Assembly (NCBI GenBank): GCA_015065045.1
Contig: SVRB01000001.1
Span: 1 to 57,871, forward strand
From: Oscillospiraceae bacterium
GTDB lineage: Bacteria > Bacillota > Clostridia > Oscillospirales > CAG-272
Direction: 5' to 3'
Length of the DNA: 57,871 bases
Shown: piece after piece, positions 19,372-29,268 of the stretch
How the letters are laid out: every line of letters begins with the position of its first letter
Numbering within the stretch: position 1 is the first letter of the stretch
Notes under the pieces: model-generated
What the model saw: only the letters and a program-made list of their open reading frames with translations
The model's database searches: none
Told to the model about the DNA's origin: nothing
Translations under genes and position numbers: made by a program

Positions 19372-20580
19372 TCACCTATATGCCTCAACGATATTTATCA
19401 TCATTTCAACAGCCTTATCCATATCCTCAACAACGGCGTACTCGTGTCTGCCGTGATGATTACCCGATCCTGTTCCCAAATTCGGACAAGGTAGTCCCAT
19501 AAATGACAGCTGCGCACCGTCGGTTCCACCACGTATCGCGCACACGTCAACTACCCCTCCTGCTTTTATTACGGCAGATTCTGCATTTTCTATCAAATGC
19601 TTGTGCGGCAATATCTTTTCAGCCATATTGCTGTATCTTTCAAACAGCTCGACCTTCACTGTATCTTCACCGTATTTAGCATTGAGGTATTCGCCTATTT
19701 TCACAAATATTTCTCTCTTCTTTTGCATCTGTTCCTTATCAAAATCACGCAAAAGATATCTCATTTCTGCCCTCTCAACATCTGACGTCATATCCATCAA
19801 ATGATAAAAGCCCTCGTGTCCTTCTGTATACTCGGGACGCTCGTTTTTTGGCAGCATTGAATCGAATTCCATAGCAATATTATTTGCATTTTTCATACCG
19901 CCTTGCTTTGCCGTTCCCGTGTGAACTGACTTACCGAAAACAGTTACCCTCGCATTTACGGCATTAAACGTTTCATACTCTACCTGACCAAAATCGCCGC
20001 CGTCCATTGTATATGCGAAATCTGCACCAAACTTTTCTATGTCAAAATAATCTGAGCCTCTGTTTATTTCCTCGTCAGGTGTGAAAGCTATACATACCTC
20101 TCCGTGAAGAATGGCAGGATCGTTCATCAGGCGTTCTGCCATAGTCATTATCTCGGCAATTCCCGCCTTATTGTCAGCACCCAAAATAGTCGTGCCATCC
20201 GTTACAACGAGACTACAGCCCTTATACTTTTCAAGTGAAGGCATTATAACGTTACCCTCTTTGTTAAGCACAATCTGACTCCCATCATAATCGGATATCA
20301 CTCTCGGCTTAACGTTTCTGTATTCAACATCGCTTATCGTATCAAGATGCGCTATAAACCCGATTGTTTTACCCATAACCAACTCGGAATTTGCGGGTAT
20401 TTTTGCATACACGTATGAACGCTCATCAACGCTTACATCACCTACACCCAACGCCTTTAACTCGGACACAAGGTATTCAGCAAATTCAAGCTGTTCGGGA
20501 GTTGACGGACTTGTCACGCTGTTTTCATCAGAGCCTGTTTCAAACTCCGTATACTTTATAAGTCTTTCGTATGCTCTCAC
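19372..20580 (-). CDS. pepT: peptidase T (tripeptide aminopeptidase, M20B)
   Basis: 402 aa with HLDT, GADNKAGIAEI and TPDEE motifs and a C-terminal GGTDG. Confidence 0.9.
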   Translation of the reverse strand: MRAYERLIKYTEFETGSDENSVTSPSTPEQLEFAEYLVSELKALGVGDVSVDERSYVYAKIPANSELVMGKTIGFIAHLDTISDVEYRNVKPRVISDYDGSQIVLNKEGNVIMPSLEKYKGCSLVVTDGTTILGADNKAGIAEIMTMAERLMNDPAILHGEVCIAFTPDEEINRGSDYFDIEKFGADFAYTMDGGDFGQVEYETFNAVNARVTVFGKSVHTGTAKQGGMKNANNIAMEFDSMLPKNERPEYTEGHEGFYHLMDMTSDVERAEMRYLLRDFDKEQMQKKREIFVKIGEYLNAKYGEDTVKVELFERYSNMAEKILPHKHLIENAESAVIKAGGVVDVCAIRGGTDGAQLSFMGLPCPNLGTGSGNHHGRHEYAVVEDMDKAVEMMINIVEAYR

Positions 20581-20715
20581 TTATTTCGCCCCTTTTACAT
20601 CTAAAAAACTTTTTTTATTATACTTCAAAAAATATGTAACTGTCAACACAAATATCCCTTTTATCATGTCATATCACACATTTTTACATATTTTTCTAAA
20701 AATATTATTTTCTTA

Positions 20716-20744
20716 TTGAATTATTTTTCTCGATATGTTATAAT
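20716..20744 (+). promoter_or_regulatory. sigma-70 promoter of the Ldh_2-family gene
   Basis: The sequence reads TTGAAT-N17-TATAAT, about 78 nt upstream of the ATG at 20822. Confidence 0.55.
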
Positions 20745-20821
20745 AATAAGTGGTCTAAATGAAAATATATTTCTTAGTTATACCAATAATTCTAATCTTA
20801 ATTTTGAAAGGAATTTAAACA

Positions 20822-21922
20822 ATGGCAGATTTGAAATTTTCCTACGAAAACCTTAAAAAATTCTGTGAAGACATCTTCTGTAAGTTCGGTTTTGACAAAA
20901 GATCAAGTGAAATTATCACAGACGTTCTTCTTCTCTCCGACCTCTACGGTATAGATTCACACGGCACACAGCGTCTTATGCGTTACTACAAGCACCTCCA
21001 GACAGGTCTTATCAAGGGTGACGCTAAAGCTGAAACAGTTTACGAAACTCCTATCTCCGCTGTTATCGATGCAAAGGAAGGTATGGGACAGCTCGTTAGC
21101 TACGACGCTATGAACCTCGCTATCGAAAAGGCTGAAAAATCCGGTATCGGTATGGTTACTGTTAAAAACTCTAACCACTACGGTATTGCTGGTTACTACG
21201 CAAAAATGGCTTGCGATAAGGGTCTTATCGGTATTTCTCTTACAAACACAGAAGCTATCATGGTTCCTACATTCGCACGTAAAGCTATGCTCGGAACTAA
21301 CCCCATCGCTGTTGCTGTTCCCGCTGAACCCTACCCCTTCTTCTTCGATGCTTCTACATCTATAGTTACAAGAGGTAAGCTCGAACTCTACAAGAAGCTT
21401 GAAAAAGAAATGCCCGACTGTTGGGCACTTGATGCTGAGGGCAAAGTAAACACAAGCGCTCCTCACGTTCTTGACTGCATCGCAGCTCACAAGGGCGGCG
21501 GTATTCTCCCTCTCGGCGGCGCTTATGAAAAAACAGGTAGCCACAAGGGTTACGGTTACGGTATGCTTTGCGAAATCTTCAGCGCTATTCTCGCTCAGGG
21601 TGTTACAAGTGATAAAACTTACAAGGATGGAAAGGCTCTCATCTGCCACGGTTTCATTGCTATAAATCCCAACCTCTTTGGTGATCCCGAAGCTATCAAG
21701 GCTCACTTCTCTTCATTCCTTGAGGATTTGCGTAATGCTCCTAAGGCTGACGGTTGTGACAGAATATACACACACGGCGAAAAAGAAATTATCGCTATGG
21801 AAGACAGATTGGCTAACGGTATTGCTATTAACATTAACACAGTTAAAGAAATGAAGAGCTGCGCAGAAGGCTTCGGTATGAGCTTCTCTGACTACTTCGG
21901 CAATATCGCTGACAACATCTAA
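20822..21922 (+). CDS. Ldh_2 family (malate/L-lactate/ureidoglycolate dehydrogenase type 2) oxidoreductase
   Basis: 366 aa. GIDSHGTQRL, NSNHYGIAGYY and GTNPIAVAVP are hallmark Ldh_2 motifs. Codon usage is strongly optimised. Confidence 0.85.
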   Translation: MADLKFSYENLKKFCEDIFCKFGFDKRSSEIITDVLLLSDLYGIDSHGTQRLMRYYKHLQTGLIKGDAKAETVYETPISAVIDAKEGMGQLVSYDAMNLAIEKAEKSGIGMVTVKNSNHYGIAGYYAKMACDKGLIGISLTNTEAIMVPTFARKAMLGTNPIAVAVPAEPYPFFFDASTSIVTRGKLELYKKLEKEMPDCWALDAEGKVNTSAPHVLDCIAAHKGGGILPLGGAYEKTGSHKGYGYGMLCEIFSAILAQGVTSDKTYKDGKALICHGFIAINPNLFGDPEAIKAHFSSFLEDLRNAPKADGCDRIYTHGEKEIIAMEDRLANGIAININTVKEMKSCAEGFGMSFSDYFGNIADNI

Positions 21923-21939
21923 TTTCTAATGTTTCTATA

Positions 21940-21973
21940 AAATCCTATGTGTAAATCACACATAGGATTTTTT
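21940..21973 (+). terminator. terminator of the Ldh_2 gene
   Basis: The hairpin is AATCCTATGTG-taaat-CACATAGGATT followed by TTTTT. Confidence 0.85.
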
Positions 21974-21978
21974 ATATG

Positions 21979-22020
21979 CAAAAAAAGATAACGCTTAACA
22001 ATTTAAGCGTTATCTTTTTT
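21979..22020 (-). terminator. terminator of secreted-protein paralog A
   Basis: The hairpin is AAAGATAACGCTTAA-caat-TTAAGCGTTATCTTT with flanking A- and T-runs. Confidence 0.8.
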
Positions 22021-22023
22021 ATT

Positions 22024-22842
22024 TTATGCTACAAAAGAATAGTTCTCAATCGGAGTGAGCACTTCGCCGGGCAAGCATATCTTTAAAGTAAAGGTATACT
22101 CTGTTCCCTCTGTAAGCTCGATATCCGACAAGTCTACGTTTGACAAATCTATTGTGGAAGCAAACGTTGTTCTCCACTTTGTAGATTTAGCTGCTTTATA
22201 GTAAACTGTCTGTACGTCGTTTCCGTCAGAAATCTCAACTTCAACGTAGATAATCTGTCTGTTTGACTTTACTGTACCGTTAACAACTCCGTTTGCAAGG
22301 TCTTTATCCAATGACAAATCTGTTACGATCGTTGTTTCTTCATCACTGTGGCCTGTTACAAGCTCGGGAATAGCTATCGGGATTGAACCTTCTGTAAACA
22401 GCTTTTCATAAGTATATGTGTTTTCAGCCCAACAGTTATAAAGCTTGGGATTATTTATACACTCGATTACTGTTACTGTCTGATTTACGGGGTCAACACT
22501 CGAAACCATTCTCATATGGCCGTATATACCATACTGTGTATTAGATTTATAGTATACTGTAGCATCTCCGGGCTGAAGCTGGTCGTATGCTGCATATATT
22601 GCATCTCTGCCGTTTCTTTCTAATATGTCAGTTGTATAAACATACGCATTTCCATCTTCGTCAAAGCAAGTGTAATCGCCTACTTTAACTGTATTCTGAC
22701 TTGCACCTGGAATCATATCTCTTGTACCGATAATAATACTGCCGTTTGAAAGACTTGATCTGTTATTTATTATTGTATTCCAAGAGGTAATAACAGACGT
22801 TGAACAGTCTGAACCCGGGAAATTCATATAGTTTTGATATCC
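22024..22842 (-). repeat. high-identity 3' segment shared with 25437-26276
   Basis: I aligned 22507-22680 against 25947-26120 by eye and found 14 mismatches in about 176 nt (~92% identity). Over the last 272/279 aa the proteins are roughly 80-85% identical. Confidence 0.8.
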
Positions 22843-25095
22843 CTGTGTCTTATCGGCCTCTGTTTTTCCACACGGAATAACACCTGCCATTGTCTGTAAT
22901 TTATTCAAATCAAGTACGTTAACCTGTCTTTCTTCACCTGTTTCTTCGTCTGTAACAGTTGTTACTGTCATATATTTTTCGAATGACTCAAGCTGTGAAG
23001 ATTTGTTGTTTGTATAAGGAATTCCTGAATATGTTTTTCCTGCTTCAAAATACAAGTTTGTGCTTACGCTTGAACCTGAACCGTTATAAAGCCAGAAGCT
23101 CTCGCTCGGTGTCCATTCCATATTCATCTGCGCTCTCATATATGCAACTACCTGTGCTCTGAGAGCTGATGTGTCGGCATAATTTTGTGTTACATCGTAG
23201 TTATCAAAAGCATTTATAACGTTTGTCTGGAGATATGTCTTTGTCTCCTGTGTTGCTTCTGTTCCTGCAATTACTGCCTTTGCAAGCTCATATACATTCT
23301 TTCTTACAGGATTAGAGTAAACATAAAATGTTTCACCGTTATAAGCCAATTTCATATATGCCTTTGCAATATAATCAACCTTTGCTCTGTTTAAGGGAAT
23401 GTTGCTTACCGTGCCTGAATATCTGAAACCGTTTGATGTTGTTTCATCATAATCATCAGCCTGAGGAGCAAGAACTGTCATTCCTGCTGTCTGCTCAAAA
23501 TTAAGCTTAGAAGCATCGTTCAAAACGTCTGCAGTTACGCTAATTATACCGTATTCTTCGATCGTCATTCCTGACTGTAATGTGTTTACCGTGTTTGCTA
23601 CAAAGCGTATGCCTTGTGCGTTTCCGTTTGTTATAAGTTCAGGTGTGCTGTTAAGTGTCAATGTGGGAACTTCGATTACTTCTACTGAGCTCGTGTAGAA
23701 TGTATTTGTTCCGTATTTATAAGTTGCTGTCTTTGTTCCTGCTGTTGATGTATCGCAAGCTACTGTGAATGCTTTATCTGCAGGATCGTATTTTACAACC
23801 TTGTTTGTGTAAGTGGTTGTATTATCATATTTATTCTGATAATTCACCAAAAGCTCCGCTCCCTCTGCTACAAGAGATTCGCCCTTCAATACACTTACGG
23901 GAGTTGCGGGAGCATTGGTCATACTTACGCTTGTAATCCAAGCTGCAGGGTAAGTAATATCAAAGCCTGTCGCACTTGTAATAAACGTATCGAGCAAGAA
24001 ATTCGCTGAGCTTCCGCTTGACTTTGCTGTCAATGATGCATTAGAAATATTCAATCTATATTCGCCTGCTTCATAGTTTGCAGCTGTAGAATACCAACGG
24101 GAAACCTTTGCGGAAGAATTATAGTATGAACCGCCGTACACATTTATTTCTACAATATTTCCTTCAGTTGCAAAACGGCCCTTACCTGTTGCATAAATCT
24201 GCTGACCGAACGTAGCGCCTGCATAAAGGTCGATCTGTATATCACCGTCCTGTGTTGCGTCAATAGCTCTGTTTGAGCCGCCGCATACATACCCGTTAAT
24301 TATACCGCCTTCAATGCTTATTTTTACGTTACCTGTGTGCTTGTAAACAACACCTGATGCACCGTTTGTCCACATGGATCCACAGATATTTGCAAATCTT
24401 CCTGATTTAATTGTTATATCAGTATCTCCTGTGAAATTGTTGTATCTTGTACCACCTACGATGGACAAAAGTGTGCTTGAATTGTTTGTTCCGCTTGTGT
24501 TGGAAGAATCAATTCCCTGTCCCATCACAATCTTATTTCCGTTAGCGCAGATCGCTCTGAGTGTTCCGGTTGTCTTGATTGCAATATTTTCAAATTCTGT
24601 AGGTGCGCCGAGAGTAATCTGCGCAGGTTCGGAAATACCCAAGTATGCTCCTGAACCGTTTGTTTTGTAGTTCACACCGTTATAAACACTTGTAATAACG
24701 ATGGGCTTGTCTGACTCAGGCAAAATAAAATCTCTGTTTGATGAGCTTGAACCGTAGCTGTCATCTCCGTCAATCACAACAGGACCACATACTACTATCG
24801 TTCCTCCTGTGTTGATCAATTTTTCTGCCGCCTGATAAAGGGCTGTAAGATAGTACTTTTTATTGTAATACTGTGAATTGGTTGAATCATTGACCATTGC
24901 CTGTCTCGCTGTTGACGGATAAAGAGGGGTATTTGCTGTCTTTCCATCTCCGCCTACTGTTGCATTGTCTGAGATAAATACAACATTATCGGACACTTCA
25001 ACCGTTGCTGCTGATGTGGTAAACGTCATCGCCGAAAGAGCTGCTATAAGCACAACAACCATCGCCGCTGACATACACGCATAAAACCTTTTCAT
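22024..25095 (-). CDS. large secreted multidomain protein, paralog A (beta-helix-like N-half, Ig-like middle, NlpC/P60-like Cys/His C-terminal region)
   Basis: The start is set at MKRFYACMSAAMVVVLIAALSAM (signal peptide) behind GGAGGA. GG/N-rich repeats suggest a parallel beta-helix. The C-terminal motifs PGSDCSTSV and PGDATVYY...YGHMRMV resemble the NlpC/P60 DCSG and H motifs. Confidence 0.7.
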   Translation of the reverse strand: MKRFYACMSAAMVVVLIAALSAMTFTTSAATVEVSDNVVFISDNATVGGDGKTANTPLYPSTARQAMVNDSTNSQYYNKKYYLTALYQAAEKLINTGGTIVVCGPVVIDGDDSYGSSSSNRDFILPESDKPIVITSVYNGVNYKTNGSGAYLGISEPAQITLGAPTEFENIAIKTTGTLRAICANGNKIVMGQGIDSSNTSGTNNSSTLLSIVGGTRYNNFTGDTDITIKSGRFANICGSMWTNGASGVVYKHTGNVKISIEGGIINGYVCGGSNRAIDATQDGDIQIDLYAGATFGQQIYATGKGRFATEGNIVEINVYGGSYYNSSAKVSRWYSTAANYEAGEYRLNISNASLTAKSSGSSANFLLDTFITSATGFDITYPAAWITSVSMTNAPATPVSVLKGESLVAEGAELLVNYQNKYDNTTTYTNKVVKYDPADKAFTVACDTSTAGTKTATYKYGTNTFYTSSVEVIEVPTLTLNSTPELITNGNAQGIRFVANTVNTLQSGMTIEEYGIISVTADVLNDASKLNFEQTAGMTVLAPQADDYDETTSNGFRYSGTVSNIPLNRAKVDYIAKAYMKLAYNGETFYVYSNPVRKNVYELAKAVIAGTEATQETKTYLQTNVINAFDNYDVTQNYADTSALRAQVVAYMRAQMNMEWTPSESFWLYNGSGSSVSTNLYFEAGKTYSGIPYTNNKSSQLESFEKYMTVTTVTDEETGEERQVNVLDLNKLQTMAGVIPCGKTEADKTQGYQNYMNFPGSDCSTSVITSWNTIINNRSSLSNGSIIIGTRDMIPGASQNTVKVGDYTCFDEDGNAYVYTTDILERNGRDAIYAAYDQLQPGDATVYYKSNTQYGIYGHMRMVSSVDPVNQTVTVIECINNPKLYNCWAENTYTYEKLFTEGSIPIAIPELVTGHSDEETTIVTDLSLDKDLANGVVNGTVKSNRQIIYVEVEISDGNDVQTVYYKAAKSTKWRTTFASTIDLSNVDLSDIELTEGTEYTFTLKICLPGEVLTPIENYSFVA

Positions 25096-25344
25096 AAATA
25101 TCCTCCATTTTTTATTTTTTTGTGAGCTCAATCATATTTTACAACGCGCAAATTGGTTAGTCAATACATTTTTGTTATTTTTTTCCATTTATTATAATTT
25201 TTGTTAGTATTAACAAAATATGTGCTATAATCTTTGTTACATTGGAACAAGATTTTTTTATTTAATAACACCTCATCCACCGCTACTGCGGTCCCCCTTC
25301 CCCTCAAGATTAAGGCTTTGGATTATAATTTTCATTTTTTACTA

Positions 25345-25392
25345 TAAAAATAAAAATTCCACAAACCGTTTGTTTTGGTTTGTGGAATTTTT
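25345..25392 (-). terminator. terminator of secreted-protein paralog B
   Basis: The hairpin is AAATTCCACAAACC-gtttgtttt-GGTTTGTGGAATTT with a T-run in the minus sense. Confidence 0.8.
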
Positions 25393-25436
25393 TCTCTATT
25401 TAATTTTTTCGACAGAAACAGTACAAATTCTAAGCA

Positions 25437-26276
25437 TTAGTTTGCTGTAAATGTATAGTTCTTAATCGGTGTAATAACCTCACCGGGCAAACATACTTTT
25501 AAAGTAAACGTATATTCTGTTCCGGGTGTAAGCGTTATTTTAGACATATCAATTTCTGATAAATCTACTTCAGAAGCAAACGTTGTTTTCCACTTTGTAG
25601 ATTTCTGTACCTTGTAATATACCGGCTGAGTGTTATCTCCATTCTTAACTTCAACTTCCAAGTAAACAATCTGTCTATTCGACTTTACTTTTCCGCTCAG
25701 TACACCATTGGAGAGATCTGTATCAAGCGACAAGTCTGTCACTATAGTTGTTTCCTCATCACTATGACCTGTTACAAGTTCGGGAATAGTTATCGGAATT
25801 GAACCTTCAGAATACAGCTTTTCATAAGTATATATTTTTTCCTCCCAACAGTTATAGAGAGTAGGATCGTTTATACATTCTATAACCATTACTTCGTTTT
25901 CATCGACTCTACAATCGGGATTATTAGGATCATATACTTCTGACACCATTCTCATATGACCGTATATTCCATACTGTGTATTGGATTTATAATATACGGT
26001 AGCATCTCCGGGCTGAAGCTGGTCATATGCCGCATATATTGCATCTTTGCCGTTTCTTTCTAATATGTCAGTTGTATATACATACGCATTTCCGTCTTCA
26101 TCAAAGCAAGTATAATTACCCACTGTAATTGTATTTTGACTTCCACCGGGAATCATATCTCTTGTGCCAATAACAACACTTAAAAGACTTGATCTATTAT
26201 TTATAATCGTGTTCCAAGAGGTTACAACTGACGTTGAACAGTCTGATCCGGGGAAATTAAGGTAATTCTGATAGCC
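25437..26276 (-). repeat. high-identity 3' segment shared with 22024-22842
   Basis: See the partner repeat. Shared peptide runs include FDEDGNAYVYTTDILERNG and AIYAAYDQLQPGDATVYYKSNTQYGIYGHMRMVS. Confidence 0.8.
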
Positions 26277-28466
26277 AAGTGTCTTATTAGTGTTATTATG
26301 AGAATAATAATAATTTCCACTATATTTCACCACACCTGCTGAGGTTACATTAAATGTACCATTTTCTATAAACTTTTCAAATGATTCTTTCTGTGATGAT
26401 TTATTATTAGTATATGGAATTCCTGTATAAGTTTGTCCTTTTTTGAAATACAAAGTGGTTGTAACACCGCCGCCTGAAGTATCCGGATCATTATAAATAA
26501 GAAAATTCTCATTCGGAATCCACGTGATATTCATCTGAGCTCTCATATAATCTACAACTTGCTGTCTAAGAGCTGCGATTGATTTTGCATCCACATATGC
26601 CTGATTTGCATTATAATTGTTAAACTTGGATATTACGTTATTATTAAGATACGTCCTTGTATCAGATGATTCATCTGAATTTTCCGCTGCAGCCTGTTGA
26701 GCAATCTTATACGGATTTCTTCTTATTGGATCAGAGTAAACATAGAATGTTTCATTGTTATATGTTATTTTCAAATAAGCTCTTGCAACATAGTCAATCT
26801 TAAAACGATTCAACGGAATATCTTCTATAGTGCAAGAATACTGACTTGCAGTATTATAATCGGTATCTCCAATAGTAAGTATTTCCATTCCCACAGTCTG
26901 ATCAAAGTCAAGCTTTGATTCATCGTTGAGAATATCAGATTGAACAGCAATCACACCACGTTCAGCTATCGTCATACCTGTAGGTAAATTACCGGAATAG
27001 TTTACAACAAAACGAAGACCCTGTGTATTACCGTCACTCTCTGTTTTTATTTTTGCACCTTTCACAGAAAAATCTATTACATTTACTGTACCTGTGCAAC
27101 TGTAATCACCATACTTATACGTAACCGACTTTGATCCAACTGTACTTGTATCACATATAGCAGAAAATGCCTTGTCTTCAGGAGAATACTCAATTGTTTT
27201 TGTTTTGTTGTTGTTATACTTTACAGAAAGCTTTGCCCCCTCCGCAGTAGGTTGTTTACCATTTAATACAAATGAGGGAGATTTCGGAACAATTACCCAA
27301 TCACACTCAGAAATCCAAGATGCAGGATATGTAATGTCAGTTGTAGCAGGAGCATTGTTAATAAAATTATTAACTAATGTATCGGTCAATCCGGTTTTTG
27401 AAAGATTTAAATATATTTTATATGCGGACTTGTTTACGTTTGATTCATGCTCTTTTACTATTGCAGACGTTGTTGTAAATGTACCACCATAAATATTTAC
27501 CTTAACTATATTTCCGGTTGTAGAAAATCCACCTTTACCTGTAATATAAATCGGTTTTTCTATTGTACCACTATGAATATCTATCTGGATATTACCATTT
27601 AGTGTGTTGGGGGTAGACTGGCTGCTATTGTATATATCACCACCGCAAACATTACCTCTTACTCTAGTCGTGCCCTGAATAGATATTTTTACATTCATAT
27701 CGTTTGTATAATTTCCCGATATAGCAGAGTACGTTGTTCCGCATATGTTATTATATACACCCGATTTGATTGTAATGTCTGAATTTCCTTCAAAACTTTC
27801 ATATCTTGTGCCGCCGGCAATTGACAACAAATTATTTGCTGTAGTAGTAGATGAACCTGTATTAAGGTTTTCACCCATTACAATTTTATTACCATTTGCA
27901 CATATCGCTCTATTAGTGCTACCACTAGGTATGCTTATTTTCATATTATTAAACTCTGTAGGAGCTCCAAGAGTAATATGAGCTGGCGTTTTTATTTCAA
28001 GATAAGCAGATGATGTAAAATCATATTGACCATACTTACTTGTGATAACTATCGGTTTATCGGATTCCGGCAGAATAAAGTCTCTATGCCAATCTCCGCT
28101 TCCGTACGAGGAATATGCATCAATCAAAACAGGACCACATATTACTATTGTACCACCTGTATCAACCAGCTGCTCTGCTGCCTGATATAATGCAGTTTTA
28201 TAGTAGTACCTTCCGTATTTATTTCCATAACTATTAGTCGCTGTTTTTTCATCAATTAACGAAGCACTAGGAGTATATGGTTTAAGCGGATTTTTCGGCG
28301 ACGATCCGCTTCCGTCAGAACCGGACGGTTGCGTATCCGAAACAAACACAACGTTATCATATACTTCAGTTGTCGCTGCCGATGCTGTGGTAAATGTCAT
28401 AACTGACATTGCCGCGATAACAATTACAATCATCGCCATCGACATAAATACATAAAATCTTTTCAT
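25437..28466 (-). CDS. large secreted multidomain protein, paralog B
   Basis: The start is set at MKRFYVFMSMAMIVIVIAAMSVM behind GGAGG. It is collinear with paralog A over its whole length. Confidence 0.7.
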   Translation of the reverse strand: MKRFYVFMSMAMIVIVIAAMSVMTFTTASAATTEVYDNVVFVSDTQPSGSDGSGSSPKNPLKPYTPSASLIDEKTATNSYGNKYGRYYYKTALYQAAEQLVDTGGTIVICGPVLIDAYSSYGSGDWHRDFILPESDKPIVITSKYGQYDFTSSAYLEIKTPAHITLGAPTEFNNMKISIPSGSTNRAICANGNKIVMGENLNTGSSTTTANNLLSIAGGTRYESFEGNSDITIKSGVYNNICGTTYSAISGNYTNDMNVKISIQGTTRVRGNVCGGDIYNSSQSTPNTLNGNIQIDIHSGTIEKPIYITGKGGFSTTGNIVKVNIYGGTFTTTSAIVKEHESNVNKSAYKIYLNLSKTGLTDTLVNNFINNAPATTDITYPASWISECDWVIVPKSPSFVLNGKQPTAEGAKLSVKYNNNKTKTIEYSPEDKAFSAICDTSTVGSKSVTYKYGDYSCTGTVNVIDFSVKGAKIKTESDGNTQGLRFVVNYSGNLPTGMTIAERGVIAVQSDILNDESKLDFDQTVGMEILTIGDTDYNTASQYSCTIEDIPLNRFKIDYVARAYLKITYNNETFYVYSDPIRRNPYKIAQQAAAENSDESSDTRTYLNNNVISKFNNYNANQAYVDAKSIAALRQQVVDYMRAQMNITWIPNENFLIYNDPDTSGGGVTTTLYFKKGQTYTGIPYTNNKSSQKESFEKFIENGTFNVTSAGVVKYSGNYYYSHNNTNKTLGYQNYLNFPGSDCSTSVVTSWNTIINNRSSLLSVVIGTRDMIPGGSQNTITVGNYTCFDEDGNAYVYTTDILERNGKDAIYAAYDQLQPGDATVYYKSNTQYGIYGHMRMVSEVYDPNNPDCRVDENEVMVIECINDPTLYNCWEEKIYTYEKLYSEGSIPITIPELVTGHSDEETTIVTDLSLDTDLSNGVLSGKVKSNRQIVYLEVEVKNGDNTQPVYYKVQKSTKWKTTFASEVDLSEIDMSKITLTPGTEYTFTLKVCLPGEVITPIKNYTFTAN

Positions 28467-28661
28467 AAACATCCTCCGCTGGAAGTTCAAAATATATACA
28501 TATTTATTGTACAATATATCGCTTTTATTGTCAAGTTTTTCTGTAAAATATATAATTATAGTACAAACTTTTTATTATTTATATATTATATTTCAAACAA
28601 TCAAGTATATTAAAAAAAGCTGCGTTATGATTTAACCTCATACCGTAGCTTTTATTATTCT

Positions 28662-29237
28662 TTATTTCTCTATCTCGTCAAGCTTTTCTTTTATCTTCTG
28701 CATATCTATAAGCATATCTTCCTTTTTTCTCGGGTCATGCAACAAAGCTGACGGATGATAAACTGCGCATATCGTAAAGCCGTTCTTCTCGTAAAACACG
28801 CCGTGTTCCTTTGTTATCATAAAATCCTGCTTTATCAATCTCTTTGCAGATATTCTTCCTAGACACACGATTATCTTCGGGTTTATCAGTCTTACCTGCT
28901 CGCGCAGATATTCTATACACAAATCCTGTTCGTCCTCTCTCGGATCTCTGTTCTTCGGGGGACGGCATTTCAACATATTCGCTATGTACACCTTTTCTCT
29001 GTCTATGTCAACAGCATAAAGATATTTATCGAGCATCTTTCCTGCCGCGCCAACAAACGGCACTCCGCTCAGATCCTCTTTTTCACCGGGGGCTTCGCCA
29101 ACAAACATTATATCTGCTTCTCTGCTTCCTGTTCCGAAAACAACATTAGTTCTCGTTTCTGACAACGAGCATCTTGTACAGCTTTTGCATCTTGCCTCGA
29201 GCTCTTCCCACTTCATATCCTTTTCTGCATTTGACAT
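28662..29237 (-). CDS. uracil-DNA glycosylase, family 4
   Basis: It has CxxC (CKSCTRC) and the motifs GEAPGEKEDLSGVPFVGAAG and HPSALL. The start is set at the ATG at 29237 (MSNAEKD) behind AGAGGGAAAG. The longer track ORF would overlap mecA. Confidence 0.85.
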   Translation of the reverse strand: MSNAEKDMKWEELEARCKSCTRCSLSETRTNVVFGTGSREADIMFVGEAPGEKEDLSGVPFVGAAGKMLDKYLYAVDIDREKVYIANMLKCRPPKNRDPREDEQDLCIEYLREQVRLINPKIIVCLGRISAKRLIKQDFMITKEHGVFYEKNGFTICAVYHPSALLHDPRKKEDMLIDMQKIKEKLDEIEK

Positions 29238-29268
29238 AACATCTTTCCCTCTTTGTTCTATCCGAATT

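Noticed and set aside
20957-21706. A 249-aa minus-strand ORF lying entirely inside the Ldh_2 gene.
   Set aside because: It is antisense to a gene with clear family motifs. It is explained by the extreme codon bias of the sense strand, which has few TTA, CTA or TCA codons. Its Cys/Ser/Val-rich composition is not protein-like, and it has no SD.
25262-25322. A GC-rich island (CCACCGCTACTGCGGTCCCCCTTCCCCTCAAG) in the AT-rich spacer between the two paralogs.
   Set aside because: It forms only a 5-bp hairpin, has no second copy in the window and has no clear function. It may be a dispersed REP-like fragment, but that cannot be judged from one copy.
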